A program made the translations under genes and the position numbers. This document shows, piece by piece, positions 8,888 to 18,626 of a stretch of 29,115 nt of DNA; position 1 is the first letter of the stretch, and every line of letters begins with the position of its first letter. Source of the stretch: a virus. Taxonomy: Duplodnaviria; Caudoviricetes. The stretch is from the IMG/VR virus record IMGVR_UViG_3300030372_004987, positions 1 to 29,115 of that record; one strand, given 5' to 3'. Below the pieces are notes generated by a model. That model worked only from the letters and a program-made list of their open reading frames with translations. It was not told where the DNA came from and made no database searches.

Positions 8888-11800
8888 TCTTTATCATACC
8901 TTTTAATTCTTTTATTTCTTCCTTTAATGAATCAATTTCAGATTGATAATCAACCTTGGGATGAGATGTTTTCTTTAATTCTTTTATACCCTCAATTAAT
9001 AATGGAATTATTTTATCATATTGAACTGCTTTCATTCCATCTTTTCTAGTAGTAACAACCTCAGGTAGCACAGCTTCAACATCTTGCGCAATAACTCCTG
9101 CTTCTCTAGTATCTAAAGGCTTATCGCTATTACTATTCCAATTAAATGTTACACCACTTAATGCATCTATCTTTTTAAGAGGGTCTTTAATAATTTCAAT
9201 ATCAGTCTTCAATCTTCTATCTGAAGAGTAGTAAGCAATTACATCTCCGTAACAGAGTACGTTTCCTGATACAATTGCGTTATCTAAGGCATGTAATTCC
9301 TGATAAACTTCTAGCTTTGTTGTGTGATATTCTAGAAGCTTAGTACCCTCGCACACCATTTCCAGTTTAGCTCCACCAGCACTATAACCAAAGTATGACG
9401 CTTGATTAGCAGCGGTGCCTCTAAATCCATACCTAGCTAAACCACTGACAGTATCATTAGGATGTCTTCCAATAAATAAATGATCAACTTCAATATAGCC
9501 TGTATACTCACCCATACCAATAGCAGGAAATCCACCTGCACTTGTTCCGCCAATAACAATTTCCCCTTTAACAGATACGTCACTAGGGGTAGCACCTGAA
9601 CCAATATATATAGACTGTGTACTGCCTACAAGATCTTCTCCCCAAGTAGTACCTGAGCTATCTTCGTTTTGTTTACCAGCATTTCTTCCTATTGCAATAT
9701 TACCTTGAGAAGTCTGACTGCCAAGTCCAGCATCATACCCTATAAATACATTTTTATTTCCACCTACAGAGCCATTGTTAGTAATACTAACATTAGCATT
9801 AGATTCAGTTAATGTAATAACTCCATTAAGATTAATATCATCAACCGAAACATCACCAGTGCTAGAAATGCTCCATTTAGGACCTGCCATATATCCACTG
9901 TCTACTTTCATATATATTCCAGAAGTAGTTTGACCTCCATCTCCTGGATCGGCTACACCTGTTTTTCTAAGTGTACCTGCAGTGATATCTCCTAAATCAG
10001 CAAATATAGCACTAAGCTCATTCCCGTCAATTTTAGCACCAGTAATCGTATCACTAACAATTAAACTTCCATCAATAACTTGCTGAACAGCAGACATAGT
10101 GGCAGTGTTTGAACCAACCATAAATGTTGCAGAAAATCCAACACTTGAATTAGAGATAGTTACAACATCTCTCCATCTCGCTACTCCATCAGATGCTGTT
10201 GCTGCCAATGCAGCTAATGATTCTGCAACTGTAGTCATATTCCACTGTGTTTGACTTGTTGTAATATAAATATGTAAAGAACCTCTAATTCCATCAGATC
10301 CTGCTGAACCTTCTAGAGAAGCAAGCCAATCAGCCTGGCTCAAGGTCCCACCTCCGTCTAAATATAATTGATATGCAGATGATCCATTTGTCCCATCTAC
10401 AGGCTGTTCTAAAAATTTAATTGGAGCTGACCAAGCTAAAGTATTATCTGTTCCACTTGAAGTAGGAGCAGAGGCAACTGCTTTAGATATCCATAATGCA
10501 TCTGTACCGCTTGGAGCAGGAGGCAATGCACTCCAATAAGTAGGTAATGTAGTCATTGAATTACTTGAAAAATCATATACACCACCAGATGGAGAAGCTG
10601 TAAGATTTCCAGCAGATCTTCTATATATTGTTACTTCTGCAAATACTGGAGGAGTATCTCCATCTACACCTTCTTGACCTTCTATTTTAATAGGAGTATT
10701 CCAAACATAATTAGATGCATTTGCTGGTCTTTGACCTACAGAGCTATACATAGGATTAGATCCTGCAGGAACACTTGCTACATCTGAATACCATCCACTT
10801 GGAGTCGATGTAGTTTGACTAGGAGCAGTAGGTTGGCTAGATGCTCTTTTAAATATAATATCTACGGAGGCTCCGCCTCCTCCACTTGGGCCAGTAAGAT
10901 CTGCAGAGGTGAAAAAAGTTCCATCCGTATAGTTAATTGTAAATGTACCATTACCATTATCAACAGTGCTTGATATCCCGACTCCATTAGCACCTGTTGT
11001 TCCAGGTATTGACTGACCTGTTGGTCCATAGCTAATAACTTCAAAAGCTGGGTCGTATGATAAAGTATATGCTGCTGAATCTAGATATAAGGTTTGATTT
11101 TCAACATCAGCACTCTCGGTATGTTTTTCAACTCCATTTAAGTACCATTTTATAGTAAGTCCATCATAAACTATTTCAAATATATCATTAGCACTAACAC
11201 CTGATACAGAATGTAAAGATGTTGGACCAGTCTTTGCAACGGCAGATGTCCCGCTAGTAAAGTGCCAATAATAATCTAAATCAGTATAAGTAGATGTGTT
11301 ACCTGGAGCAGCCTCAAGACCAATAGCATAATTTCCTGATGTGGTTCCATCTAAATGTTTAAATATTAAATGCGCAGATTTATATCCTTCAGAAGAATGT
11401 ACTGAACTTGTCCATTGACTACCTCCTCCTGTTTTTATAAATTGACCTGGCTTTGAGTAGATTGAAACTTGTCTCATTCCATATGTATTTGGAGTCCAAG
11501 TTAATGGTTGCTCAATAGGAGATTTATAGAAAACAAAGGAAACAGGTGTATCAGATGCACTAAAATCATGCTCTCCTGCAGTTATCTCTTCTTGTACCAG
11601 TTCAATTTCTAAATTTTTACAACTATAATTATACCAATTACCTTGAGTGGAAACAGACTTAATTTTAAAATAATACCATTGACTATTTGATACCACCATA
11701 GTAAAGTGATCGCCTGCCTCTAAATAATTTAAATAAGAATAGTCGTCTGTTGAAGAGTCTGAGTCTGGATCATTTCCAAGACGCATGCCAGATGCAGTGC

Positions 11801-14738
11801 TAAAATCTTGATATATAATGTTATTATCAGAATAGCTTGCACCTGATGAAGTAAAATTAGTAAATAAGCTCCATTTTGAAGTAAGGGTTGTGTCAGCATC
11901 TGTACTCATAGAGCTATATGTAAGTGTTCTTTGTCCTGGAGGATATGAACCGCTAGCGTCAAGGAGTATACTCCAAGGATCTGATGAAGATCCGTTAGTT
12001 GGAGTATTTCCAGTATTATTATCTTGATTAGAAATAAATGTCTTTGCTATACCATTAATAGTATGGGTTACAGCATCATTCTTTTTATATGTAGTGCCAC
12101 TTACCCAAACTCCAGCATAGCTAATACCTTCACCATACTCTACTCCTGATGTATTTAATACTGTACCTCTTATAGTAAGAGTTCCACTATTCCATGAAAG
12201 TCCAGTTCCTGAAGTTCCAGCTCCTGAACCGCCTAAATAAAAACTACCATCATTACCCATGAATGTCTTCCAATCATTACCATCATGAAATCCTAAATGG
12301 CTGTTTCCTAAATACAATCCTGCAACTGTAGGAGTTGGTATTGAACCTAATGTTAATCCATTAGCTCCAAAATTATAAGTTTGAGGATTGTTCCAATTTG
12401 CATTTGTACTTGTGTTATTAGATAGATCAATATCTGTTGTACCATCTATAATATCATCAACATTAGAATTAGTAGTTCCAAGTTCTGTCTCGGATGCATA
12501 ATTATCATCAAGACCATCTACATTTGTATGATCAATAGTTCCCTGAACCTCTATAGATCCAGATATTTGCAAACTACTACCGTTCCATTTTATATATTGA
12601 GATCCATCTGCATTAACACAAGAAAACTTTGGAACACCTGCAACATTACCAAGGAATATATCTCCCTGATCTGCATAGTTAACTAAAGTTTGATCAGGCG
12701 CTATTGTAAGCCTTGCATTACTTGAACTGGTTCCATCATCAGCTATATAAATTCCACCACCATCAATGGTAACACCTGCTTCTAAAATTGTCTCTGTATT
12801 ATCATATGTAGTGCCAATAGCAGTAGTTAGATCTGCAAGATTACTATATGTTTCTGAAGATGCTCCTGTTGCTACCTCATATCCAGTACCTCCAGAATTT
12901 AAAACCTGCAAAGTCCCTTTTACAGTTAATGAGTCTAATTTTGAATCGTACTCTATACTCTTTCCACCTTTAGTTCCTATAAATAAACTCATTTCATAAG
13001 AACTACCTCCGCCTCCACCCATATCTTTATAACTATCTATAAAAAATCCTTGATCTCCTGCAGATAAACTTCCTCCAACTACATCTTTACCAAGAGCTAT
13101 GCTGGGACCTTGTATATCATTGTTTTGTAATACCAATCCACCAGGATCAATTCTAGCAACCTCATTATTGGTAACAAACATTCTTAAAGGAATATTATTA
13201 AATCTTGCACCTAGATTACTGAATTTGAAATAAGGGTCATTGTCAGTAAATGCTGTTCCTCCCATAATGCCCCATTCATCAGAATTGGATGTAATTCCTG
13301 TAAGCTTACCCATTCTAACATTTGTTTTAAGGGCTCCTGTTTCACCAGGACCATTACTTCCAGACCAATGCTTTACTTGTGCATAAGGTGCATTAGCACC
13401 ATCATAACCATCTACTGCAGATACATTGTAATACCCATCTCCTGATGTTCCATAATCTAAAACTAAAGTTCCCTTAGCAATTGTCGTAGATGTGGCTAAT
13501 GTACCTCCAGCACTATTTGCAGATGGGCCTCTTTCAAAATAATATTGCTGAGTACCATCTCCATTGTCTTGCTTATATTCTACCTTACCCCATGCATCAC
13601 CAACCGTAAGGCCTCCACCACTTCTACTTATAGTTCTTAATCTTACCCAATCATCATCTTGAAAAACTGCACTTGTACCCATAGATGGAATATTGTCAAC
13701 CTGAAGTGTAGCTGTTGTAACTCCATAGTCTGGAATAGTCATGTCACTGGAAAGAATAGCTACAGACTTTGTTATTGTTTGACCACCAGCTAGTGCTTGC
13801 TCTAAGTCAGCAATAAATGCTGTAACATGTAGTTCATCTGCATATAAATATCTAAAATCACCTGCACCAGCACCACTAATACTCCAACCTGTTCCACCAG
13901 AGCCACTTACAGCGCCATCAGTTTTAATTGTAGTCTTTTGATTTAATTGAAAGATATGATCTGTAGAAATGCCAGTATTTACTATTATATCACCAGCATT
14001 TGCACCATCTTTTAATGTTGAACTTGTACCTCCATTTCCATTGAGATAAAGATCATCGTTAAGATATATACCTCCACTATGCTTTAAAAATATATTGGAA
14101 GTGCTTACCGCTAAAACATTACCTGAAGCAGGTGCGTCTATTATATTTACTCCAGCGCTAGTTCCAGTAATATTATTATCATTGAAAAGGATAGTATCTA
14201 AGTATGTACCTGTACCATCATTTTTAACTTTAAGCGCAGTTGTATGAGACCCTCCATCAGGATACTGAATCTCTATATCACTTCCACTTGAGTTTCGTAT
14301 ATAATTACCTGTAAGTACAGTCTCTCCAATAGTTGCTTCTGTTCCAACTATATTTGTTGCAGGAGAATTGGTTCCTATTGTTACACCGTCTATAGAACCA
14401 GCATTTATATCTGCTTTAGATATTACAACCGAACCAGTCCCTGCGGGACTTAGCGTTAAGTCAGTATTGGTACCAGAGGTTGCAATAGAAGATCCTGATA
14501 ATACAATATCATTTATTGTTGCTGTTCCTACTACATGCAGTAAACTATCTGGATCTGATTTTCCTATACCTACTCTTTGTCTTGAAATATATAATTCAGT
14601 ATTTTGAGATTGATCAGATGTATCTTGTATTTCTATTCTAACTGTATTTGCCCCAGCTCCAATATTCTGACCTGAAGCCCTTAATAGAAGTCGTTGAAAT
14701 GTACTGGATATATAACTTCCTGATATATTAGTTGCCAT
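8880..14738 (-). CDS. Long tail fibre/spike (1952 aa) with C-terminal peptidase S74 intramolecular chaperone
   Basis: C-terminal 'SSDRRLKTDI...LSGVTFNW...AGVIAQDVEAVLPEVV...VQYDKIIPLLIEGIKEL'; G/S/T-rich modular body. Confidence 0.9.
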   Translation of the reverse strand: MATNISGSYISSTFQRLLLRASGQNIGAGANTVRIEIQDTSDQSQNTELYISRQRVGIGKSDPDSLLHVVGTATINDIVLSGSSIATSGTNTDLTLSPAGTGSVVISKADINAGSIDGVTIGTNSPATNIVGTEATIGETVLTGNYIRNSSGSDIEIQYPDGGSHTTALKVKNDGTGTYLDTILFNDNNITGTSAGVNIIDAPASGNVLAVSTSNIFLKHSGGIYLNDDLYLNGNGGTSSTLKDGANAGDIIVNTGISTDHIFQLNQKTTIKTDGAVSGSGGTGWSISGAGAGDFRYLYADELHVTAFIADLEQALAGGQTITKSVAILSSDMTIPDYGVTTATLQVDNIPSMGTSAVFQDDDWVRLRTISRSGGGLTVGDAWGKVEYKQDNGDGTQQYYFERGPSANSAGGTLATSTTIAKGTLVLDYGTSGDGYYNVSAVDGYDGANAPYAQVKHWSGSNGPGETGALKTNVRMGKLTGITSNSDEWGIMGGTAFTDNDPYFKFSNLGARFNNIPLRMFVTNNEVARIDPGGLVLQNNDIQGPSIALGKDVVGGSLSAGDQGFFIDSYKDMGGGGGSSYEMSLFIGTKGGKSIEYDSKLDSLTVKGTLQVLNSGGTGYEVATGASSETYSNLADLTTAIGTTYDNTETILEAGVTIDGGGIYIADDGTSSSNARLTIAPDQTLVNYADQGDIFLGNVAGVPKFSCVNADGSQYIKWNGSSLQISGSIEVQGTIDHTNVDGLDDNYASETELGTTNSNVDDIIDGTTDIDLSNNTSTNANWNNPQTYNFGANGLTLGSIPTPTVAGLYLGNSHLGFHDGNDWKTFMGNDGSFYLGGSGAGTSGTGLSWNSGTLTIRGTVLNTSGVEYGEGISYAGVWVSGTTYKKNDAVTHTINGIAKTFISNQDNNTGNTPTNGSSSDPWSILLDASGSYPPGQRTLTYSSMSTDADTTLTSKWSLFTNFTSSGASYSDNNIIYQDFSTASGMRLGNDPDSDSSTDDYSYLNYLEAGDHFTMVVSNSQWYYFKIKSVSTQGNWYNYSCKNLEIELVQEEITAGEHDFSASDTPVSFVFYKSPIEQPLTWTPNTYGMRQVSIYSKPGQFIKTGGGSQWTSSVHSSEGYKSAHLIFKHLDGTTSGNYAIGLEAAPGNTSTYTDLDYYWHFTSGTSAVAKTGPTSLHSVSGVSANDIFEIVYDGLTIKWYLNGVEKHTESADVENQTLYLDSAAYTLSYDPAFEVISYGPTGQSIPGTTGANGVGISSTVDNGNGTFTINYTDGTFFTSADLTGPSGGGGASVDIIFKRASSQPTAPSQTTSTPSGWYSDVASVPAGSNPMYSSVGQRPANASNYVWNTPIKIEGQEGVDGDTPPVFAEVTIYRRSAGNLTASPSGGVYDFSSNSMTTLPTYWSALPPAPSGTDALWISKAVASAPTSSGTDNTLAWSAPIKFLEQPVDGTNGSSAYQLYLDGGGTLSQADWLASLEGSAGSDGIRGSLHIYITTSQTQWNMTTVAESLAALAATASDGVARWRDVVTISNSSVGFSATFMVGSNTATMSAVQQVIDGSLIVSDTITGAKIDGNELSAIFADLGDITAGTLRKTGVADPGDGGQTTSGIYMKVDSGYMAGPKWSISSTGDVSVDDINLNGVITLTESNANVSITNNGSVGGNKNVFIGYDAGLGSQTSQGNIAIGRNAGKQNEDSSGTTWGEDLVGSTQSIYIGSGATPSDVSVKGEIVIGGTSAGGFPAIGMGEYTGYIEVDHLFIGRHPNDTVSGLARYGFRGTAANQASYFGYSAGGAKLEMVCEGTKLLEYHTTKLEVYQELHALDNAIVSGNVLCYGDVIAYYSSDRRLKTDIEIIKDPLKKIDALSGVTFNWNSNSDKPLDTREAGVIAQDVEAVLPEVVTTRKDGMKAVQYDKIIPLLIEGIKELKKTSHPKVDYQSEIDSLKEEIKELKGMIKNG

Positions 14739-15365
14739 TTATACAGGGCTCCTTAGTATTAAAAATTGAACTTCAATTGCATTATCTGCATCATTTGGAG
14801 TTTGAGGTTTTACAAATACATTGTTTGCATCAATTGTATCTCCATCTTGAGAGCCTCTAAAGGTTAGGCCCTCTAATGGCAATAACTTTAAGTTAAAGGC
14901 TCCTGTGGAGCCGTCCATTGATATTAATGCGTTTCCTGGTCCCTTATTATATATGTACATTGCAGCTACAACTTCTGATCTAACACCATCTCTTTGGAGT
15001 GTACTTCCTTCCCAGTTTACATCTGCTTGTTCCCATCTTACATCTGTAGCATTCCATGTTGTAACTATTGAATTTTCATCTTCAATATCTTGACCAAACT
15101 GAGCACTATTTATCTCGTCTTTTCCAAGTTTTATCTCATCGACAAATTGAGTTCCACTGCCAACACCTGGTGTAGATTCTGGCCTACTCCATCCAGTAGT
15201 ATTTGTCCATGAATCTGAATCTTCATATAGATCTAACCTAAACTTCATAAATGCCCTTCTTTCACCTGCTGTAAAGATTAAATTATCATTAGGACGATTT
15301 CCAGCTCTAAGTCCATAACCTAAAGCATCACAATTAAATATTGATGTAGTAGTTGTTATAGACAT
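14739..15365 (-). CDS. Hypothetical virion beta-sandwich protein (208 aa)
   Basis: Coupled to both neighbours; 'MYIYNKG..ALISMDG...LKLLPLEGL' motif. Confidence 0.7.
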   Translation of the reverse strand: MSITTTTSIFNCDALGYGLRAGNRPNDNLIFTAGERRAFMKFRLDLYEDSDSWTNTTGWSRPESTPGVGSGTQFVDEIKLGKDEINSAQFGQDIEDENSIVTTWNATDVRWEQADVNWEGSTLQRDGVRSEVVAAMYIYNKGPGNALISMDGSTGAFNLKLLPLEGLTFRGSQDGDTIDANNVFVKPQTPNDADNAIEVQFLILRSPV

Positions 15366-15826
15366 TATGGTATATAAGCAAGAAAGACACCTGCCTTTCC
15401 AACTAAGCCCCCTAAGGTTTCTAGTGTTTTAATAGTTACTGTTTGGGGATCAATGATTCTACACCCCCAAGATTCATTTTTCTTTATCATAAAAGGGAAC
15501 CTTACCCCAGCATCTATTGATACATATAGAGTGGCCTCACCTAAATTTTTTATCATAATTACTTCAGCAGGATTATCAGAGTTTTGAGAGTCAGGTAAAT
15601 ATTGAGAAGGGCTTCCAGGGTTTATAGTAATAACTTCTTCATTTGGCTTATAAATAGAATAGTTTCCTGTAAAAGTATGTACAACTTCACCTCTCATTTT
15701 ATATGGAGCATCATCATCTAGGTACCAGCCATCACCATTAAATCCTGCATCAGTACCATTATTTGCAGTGTCTTTATATACTTGAGGTTGAAGACTTGAT
15801 ATTAATCTAACTTGATAACTAGGCAT
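15365..15826 (-). CDS. Hypothetical virion beta-sandwich protein (about 153 aa, start MPSYQVRL)
   Basis: The ATG at 15826 gives an 8-nt overlap with the upstream gene and is preferred to the longer start at 15853. 'IMIKNLG..LYVSIDAG' motif. Confidence 0.7.
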   Translation of the reverse strand: MPSYQVRLISSLQPQVYKDTANNGTDAGFNGDGWYLDDDAPYKMRGEVVHTFTGNYSIYKPNEEVITINPGSPSQYLPDSQNSDNPAEVIMIKNLGEATLYVSIDAGVRFPFMIKKNESWGCRIIDPQTVTIKTLETLGGLVGKAGVFLAYIP

Positions 15827-18320
15827 TCTTAGAAGCAGCCTCCTCGCTTCCAACAGGATTCGCTGGATTACCTGCTATTCTTCTTAGAAAATCAGCATAA
15901 TTCTGTCTATGTATATTAAGTTGAGCCATATAAGATTGTTGAGCTGATGTTATTTTATTTATTTGAGTTTGCCACTTAGAAATTCCCAAATTACTTTCAG
16001 CTGTATACTTTTGAAGATCAGCCTGATATCTGTTTAATTTAGTTGTTATTGTTTGAAGATCTGCTTCCAATGCTTTACTTGCATTTGTAATATCAATTTG
16101 AGTCTTAGTATCTTGATCTTTTATATTGACCTGCATATCGCTTTGAAAGACTGCATTAGCCTGAGTTAATTCAGATTGATATCTTTGTATGTCTAATTCT
16201 TGTTCTTTTTGCCAAGAAGAAAGGGCAGACTCTAGATTCGTAGCATGTTGCTGAACTTCTTTATTAATATCTAACTGATATTGTTGTAATTCATTACTAT
16301 ACTTCTGCAACAACTTCATATCATTAGACTCATCTAATTTTGATTGCTCTAATGCTTCTTGAAACTTCTGAGTATATATATTTAATGCTGCAGTATACGA
16401 TTGTAAAGAATCTTGTTGTTCAGCTGTATATTTCCTAAACTCTTGATCATATTCAGCTTGCCAAGATTGCAATGCACGATTAAGGTTTTGAGTATATTCA
16501 CTTATTTGAAAGTTTACATTTTGCTGCCATAATGCTGTATCAGATCTAAACCTATCAAGTGTAGCAGTATATTCTTTCATCTCTTTATCTAGCTTAACTG
16601 CATCTGCCTGATACGAAGCATCTGTAGATGTTTGCATCTTTGAAATATCTGCTTGAGCTTGAGTTCTCATTTCCTCAGTTTTATTTTGAAGTTCTCTTTC
16701 ATATTGAGCCATCTCTGCATTAAACTGATTCTTAGCATCTTCTTGCAATGCATTGTATTGTTGTAATTTTTTAGCCTCTCTTGACTCCCATGCCTGAACA
16801 GATGCTTGAAGTTCTGCACTATATCTATCAAGCTTCATTCTATAAGCTTGTATCTCTGCATTTATCTCTGCAGAATACGCCTGTGTTTCAGCAGAATATC
16901 TACCAACATCTGCTTGATAAGCATCAATATCAGTTTGAAATGCTCTAAGAGCACCATCTATATATCCATTGGCTTTAGATAGTTCGGCTTGAGCCGCTTG
17001 TAATGTTGCTGCTAACATTTCAGTATCTTCATCATTTAACCAATATTCAACTCCTTGTGGCTCATCGGCATCAACTGTACTATTTGCATCAGTATCAATT
17101 CCTGCTCCAAGTAAAGCTTTAACTCTTTCCATTGCTTTATAATAATCACCCGAAGTACCTCCAGTTACTGTACCTCCTGCAGTAGGAGTACCTAGGTATG
17201 TAGCGAAAGTGGTTATTGTATCTGTTATAGCTGATGGAGCAGCTGTACTTGAAGAAAACACCCCAGGATCGCTATCACCTATCACATCAGCAAAACTGAA
17301 GGGAGTCAAAACAATATCAGTAGGTGGGGTGTATGTTGGAACTGCTGTATTCCAACCTGTAGTATAAGATCCTACAACATTCGATAATGCACCACTTGGA
17401 ACTGTGAAAGCTGGGACATTAGGAACTGTTGGAGGGCTTGTGGTTATATTTGAAGATGCTAGGTGATCTGTATGACTCCCAAATGCTGTTAAACTTAAAC
17501 CTGTAGTTGGAGCTGTATAAGTAGGTTGAAGTTCATTAAAATTAATCATAGACATTGCTACAGATGGAACTGTAGGTGCTACAGAAGTTATATTTAATGC
17601 TCCTGGATTTCCTGAATATGATGCAAAATTTGATAAAGATATAGAAGTAGGAATGCTTCTCATATCGATATTAGATATTGTATTAAGAGGTATTTGATTA
17701 AATGTTAAATCTGAAATTATAGGTGTATTAACTGAAGCTGGAAATGAAGAACCTAAATTTGAAATATCATTAGTATCATGTCTTCCTGCTTCATTCCCAG
17801 TAAGCTCTTGAAATATTCTTATACATACATATTCCAATATACCTTCCTCTAGATCAGGTGAAACTCTATCTATATTTGTGCTAGTTGCAGAAAGGGCAGT
17901 TCCATCTTGATCATTAAGAGGAAAATCAATATAATAAATTTGAATTGATTCTGTGCCTCCAAGCGCTGGAGCAATTTGCAACTTACCTCCTTGATAATAC
18001 CATACAGAGTTACTACTACCCCTTCTTTTAAGTCCAGAGCTAAATGCTCTCCAACCATCAGCTATGGTAACATGTTCTGCTGTATGCATATGAGCTACTG
18101 AATTAACTATGCTAGCTCTTGTAATTAGTTTAATATTATCGGTCCATACTTTAGTTGAATCATAAGTACTAACACTATCTAACCAGTTAGCTTCAAGGTC
18201 AGGCCTTAAGGCAATTACTTCTGAAATAACATTTACTATTGCACTCTTTAAATGATCAAGCCACTCAGCAGAACTAATAGATATAAGTCCAGTCATTCGT
18301 GACGTTTTTGTTATAAGCAT
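15819..18320 (-). CDS. Adaptor/ring-like virion protein with long Pro/Thr-rich and helical repeat extension (833 aa)
   Basis: The first ~180 aa look adaptor-like (VWYYQGGKLQIAP, IQIYY, LEEGILEYVCIRIF), followed by a P/T/S-rich region and a Q/Y-rich helical repeat region. It directly follows the capsid genes. Confidence 0.6.
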   Translation of the reverse strand: MLITKTSRMTGLISISSAEWLDHLKSAIVNVISEVIALRPDLEANWLDSVSTYDSTKVWTDNIKLITRASIVNSVAHMHTAEHVTIADGWRAFSSGLKRRGSSNSVWYYQGGKLQIAPALGGTESIQIYYIDFPLNDQDGTALSATSTNIDRVSPDLEEGILEYVCIRIFQELTGNEAGRHDTNDISNLGSSFPASVNTPIISDLTFNQIPLNTISNIDMRSIPTSISLSNFASYSGNPGALNITSVAPTVPSVAMSMINFNELQPTYTAPTTGLSLTAFGSHTDHLASSNITTSPPTVPNVPAFTVPSGALSNVVGSYTTGWNTAVPTYTPPTDIVLTPFSFADVIGDSDPGVFSSSTAAPSAITDTITTFATYLGTPTAGGTVTGGTSGDYYKAMERVKALLGAGIDTDANSTVDADEPQGVEYWLNDEDTEMLAATLQAAQAELSKANGYIDGALRAFQTDIDAYQADVGRYSAETQAYSAEINAEIQAYRMKLDRYSAELQASVQAWESREAKKLQQYNALQEDAKNQFNAEMAQYERELQNKTEEMRTQAQADISKMQTSTDASYQADAVKLDKEMKEYTATLDRFRSDTALWQQNVNFQISEYTQNLNRALQSWQAEYDQEFRKYTAEQQDSLQSYTAALNIYTQKFQEALEQSKLDESNDMKLLQKYSNELQQYQLDINKEVQQHATNLESALSSWQKEQELDIQRYQSELTQANAVFQSDMQVNIKDQDTKTQIDITNASKALEADLQTITTKLNRYQADLQKYTAESNLGISKWQTQINKITSAQQSYMAQLNIHRQNYADFLRRIAGNPANPVGSEEAASKNA

Positions 18321-18346
18321 GGATTATATTCCTTTATATAGGCTTC

Positions 18347-18389
18347 AGCCCCCGACAGAGGAGAGAGTCAAGTACCACTGTCAGAGGCT
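18347..18389 (-). promoter_or_regulatory. Intergenic stem-loop downstream of the capsid genes
   Basis: AGCCTCTGACAG pairs with CTGTCGGGGGCT (12 bp); the two G-U pairs form only on the minus strand. No U-tract follows. Confidence 0.6.
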
Positions 18390-18411
18390 TTCACCATTTT
18401 TCTAGATGGAT

Positions 18412-18609
18412 TTAGCTATTTTGATCGAATAATGGAATGTAGTAAGTAACACCCTTTATTGATACTGTAATAACTTTATCAGCTGCGCATCCATCTGACT
18501 TGCCTGCCGAACCTGCAGATGTACCTGCAGCAGCAATAGTTTCATCAGCACTTGCCAATGCGTCAAGCATGCCATCTTGTTTATTTGATCCGTATAGAGG
18601 ATTAGCCAT
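18412..18609 (-). CDS. Small capsid-associated/decoration-like protein (65 aa)
   Basis: AGGAGG RBS, directly after the capsid gene; 'MANPLYGSNK.D' N-terminus. Function inferred from position. Confidence 0.6.
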   Translation of the reverse strand: MANPLYGSNKQDGMLDALASADETIAAAGTSAGSAGKSDGCAADKVITVSIKGVTYYIPLFDQNS

Positions 18610-18626
18610 TGTTTGTACCTCCTATG

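Noticed and set aside
8880-14738. Diversity-generating retroelement acting on the tail fibre
   Set aside because: No reverse transcriptase and no template/variable repeat pair noticed; the fibre ends in an S74 chaperone, not a C-type lectin.
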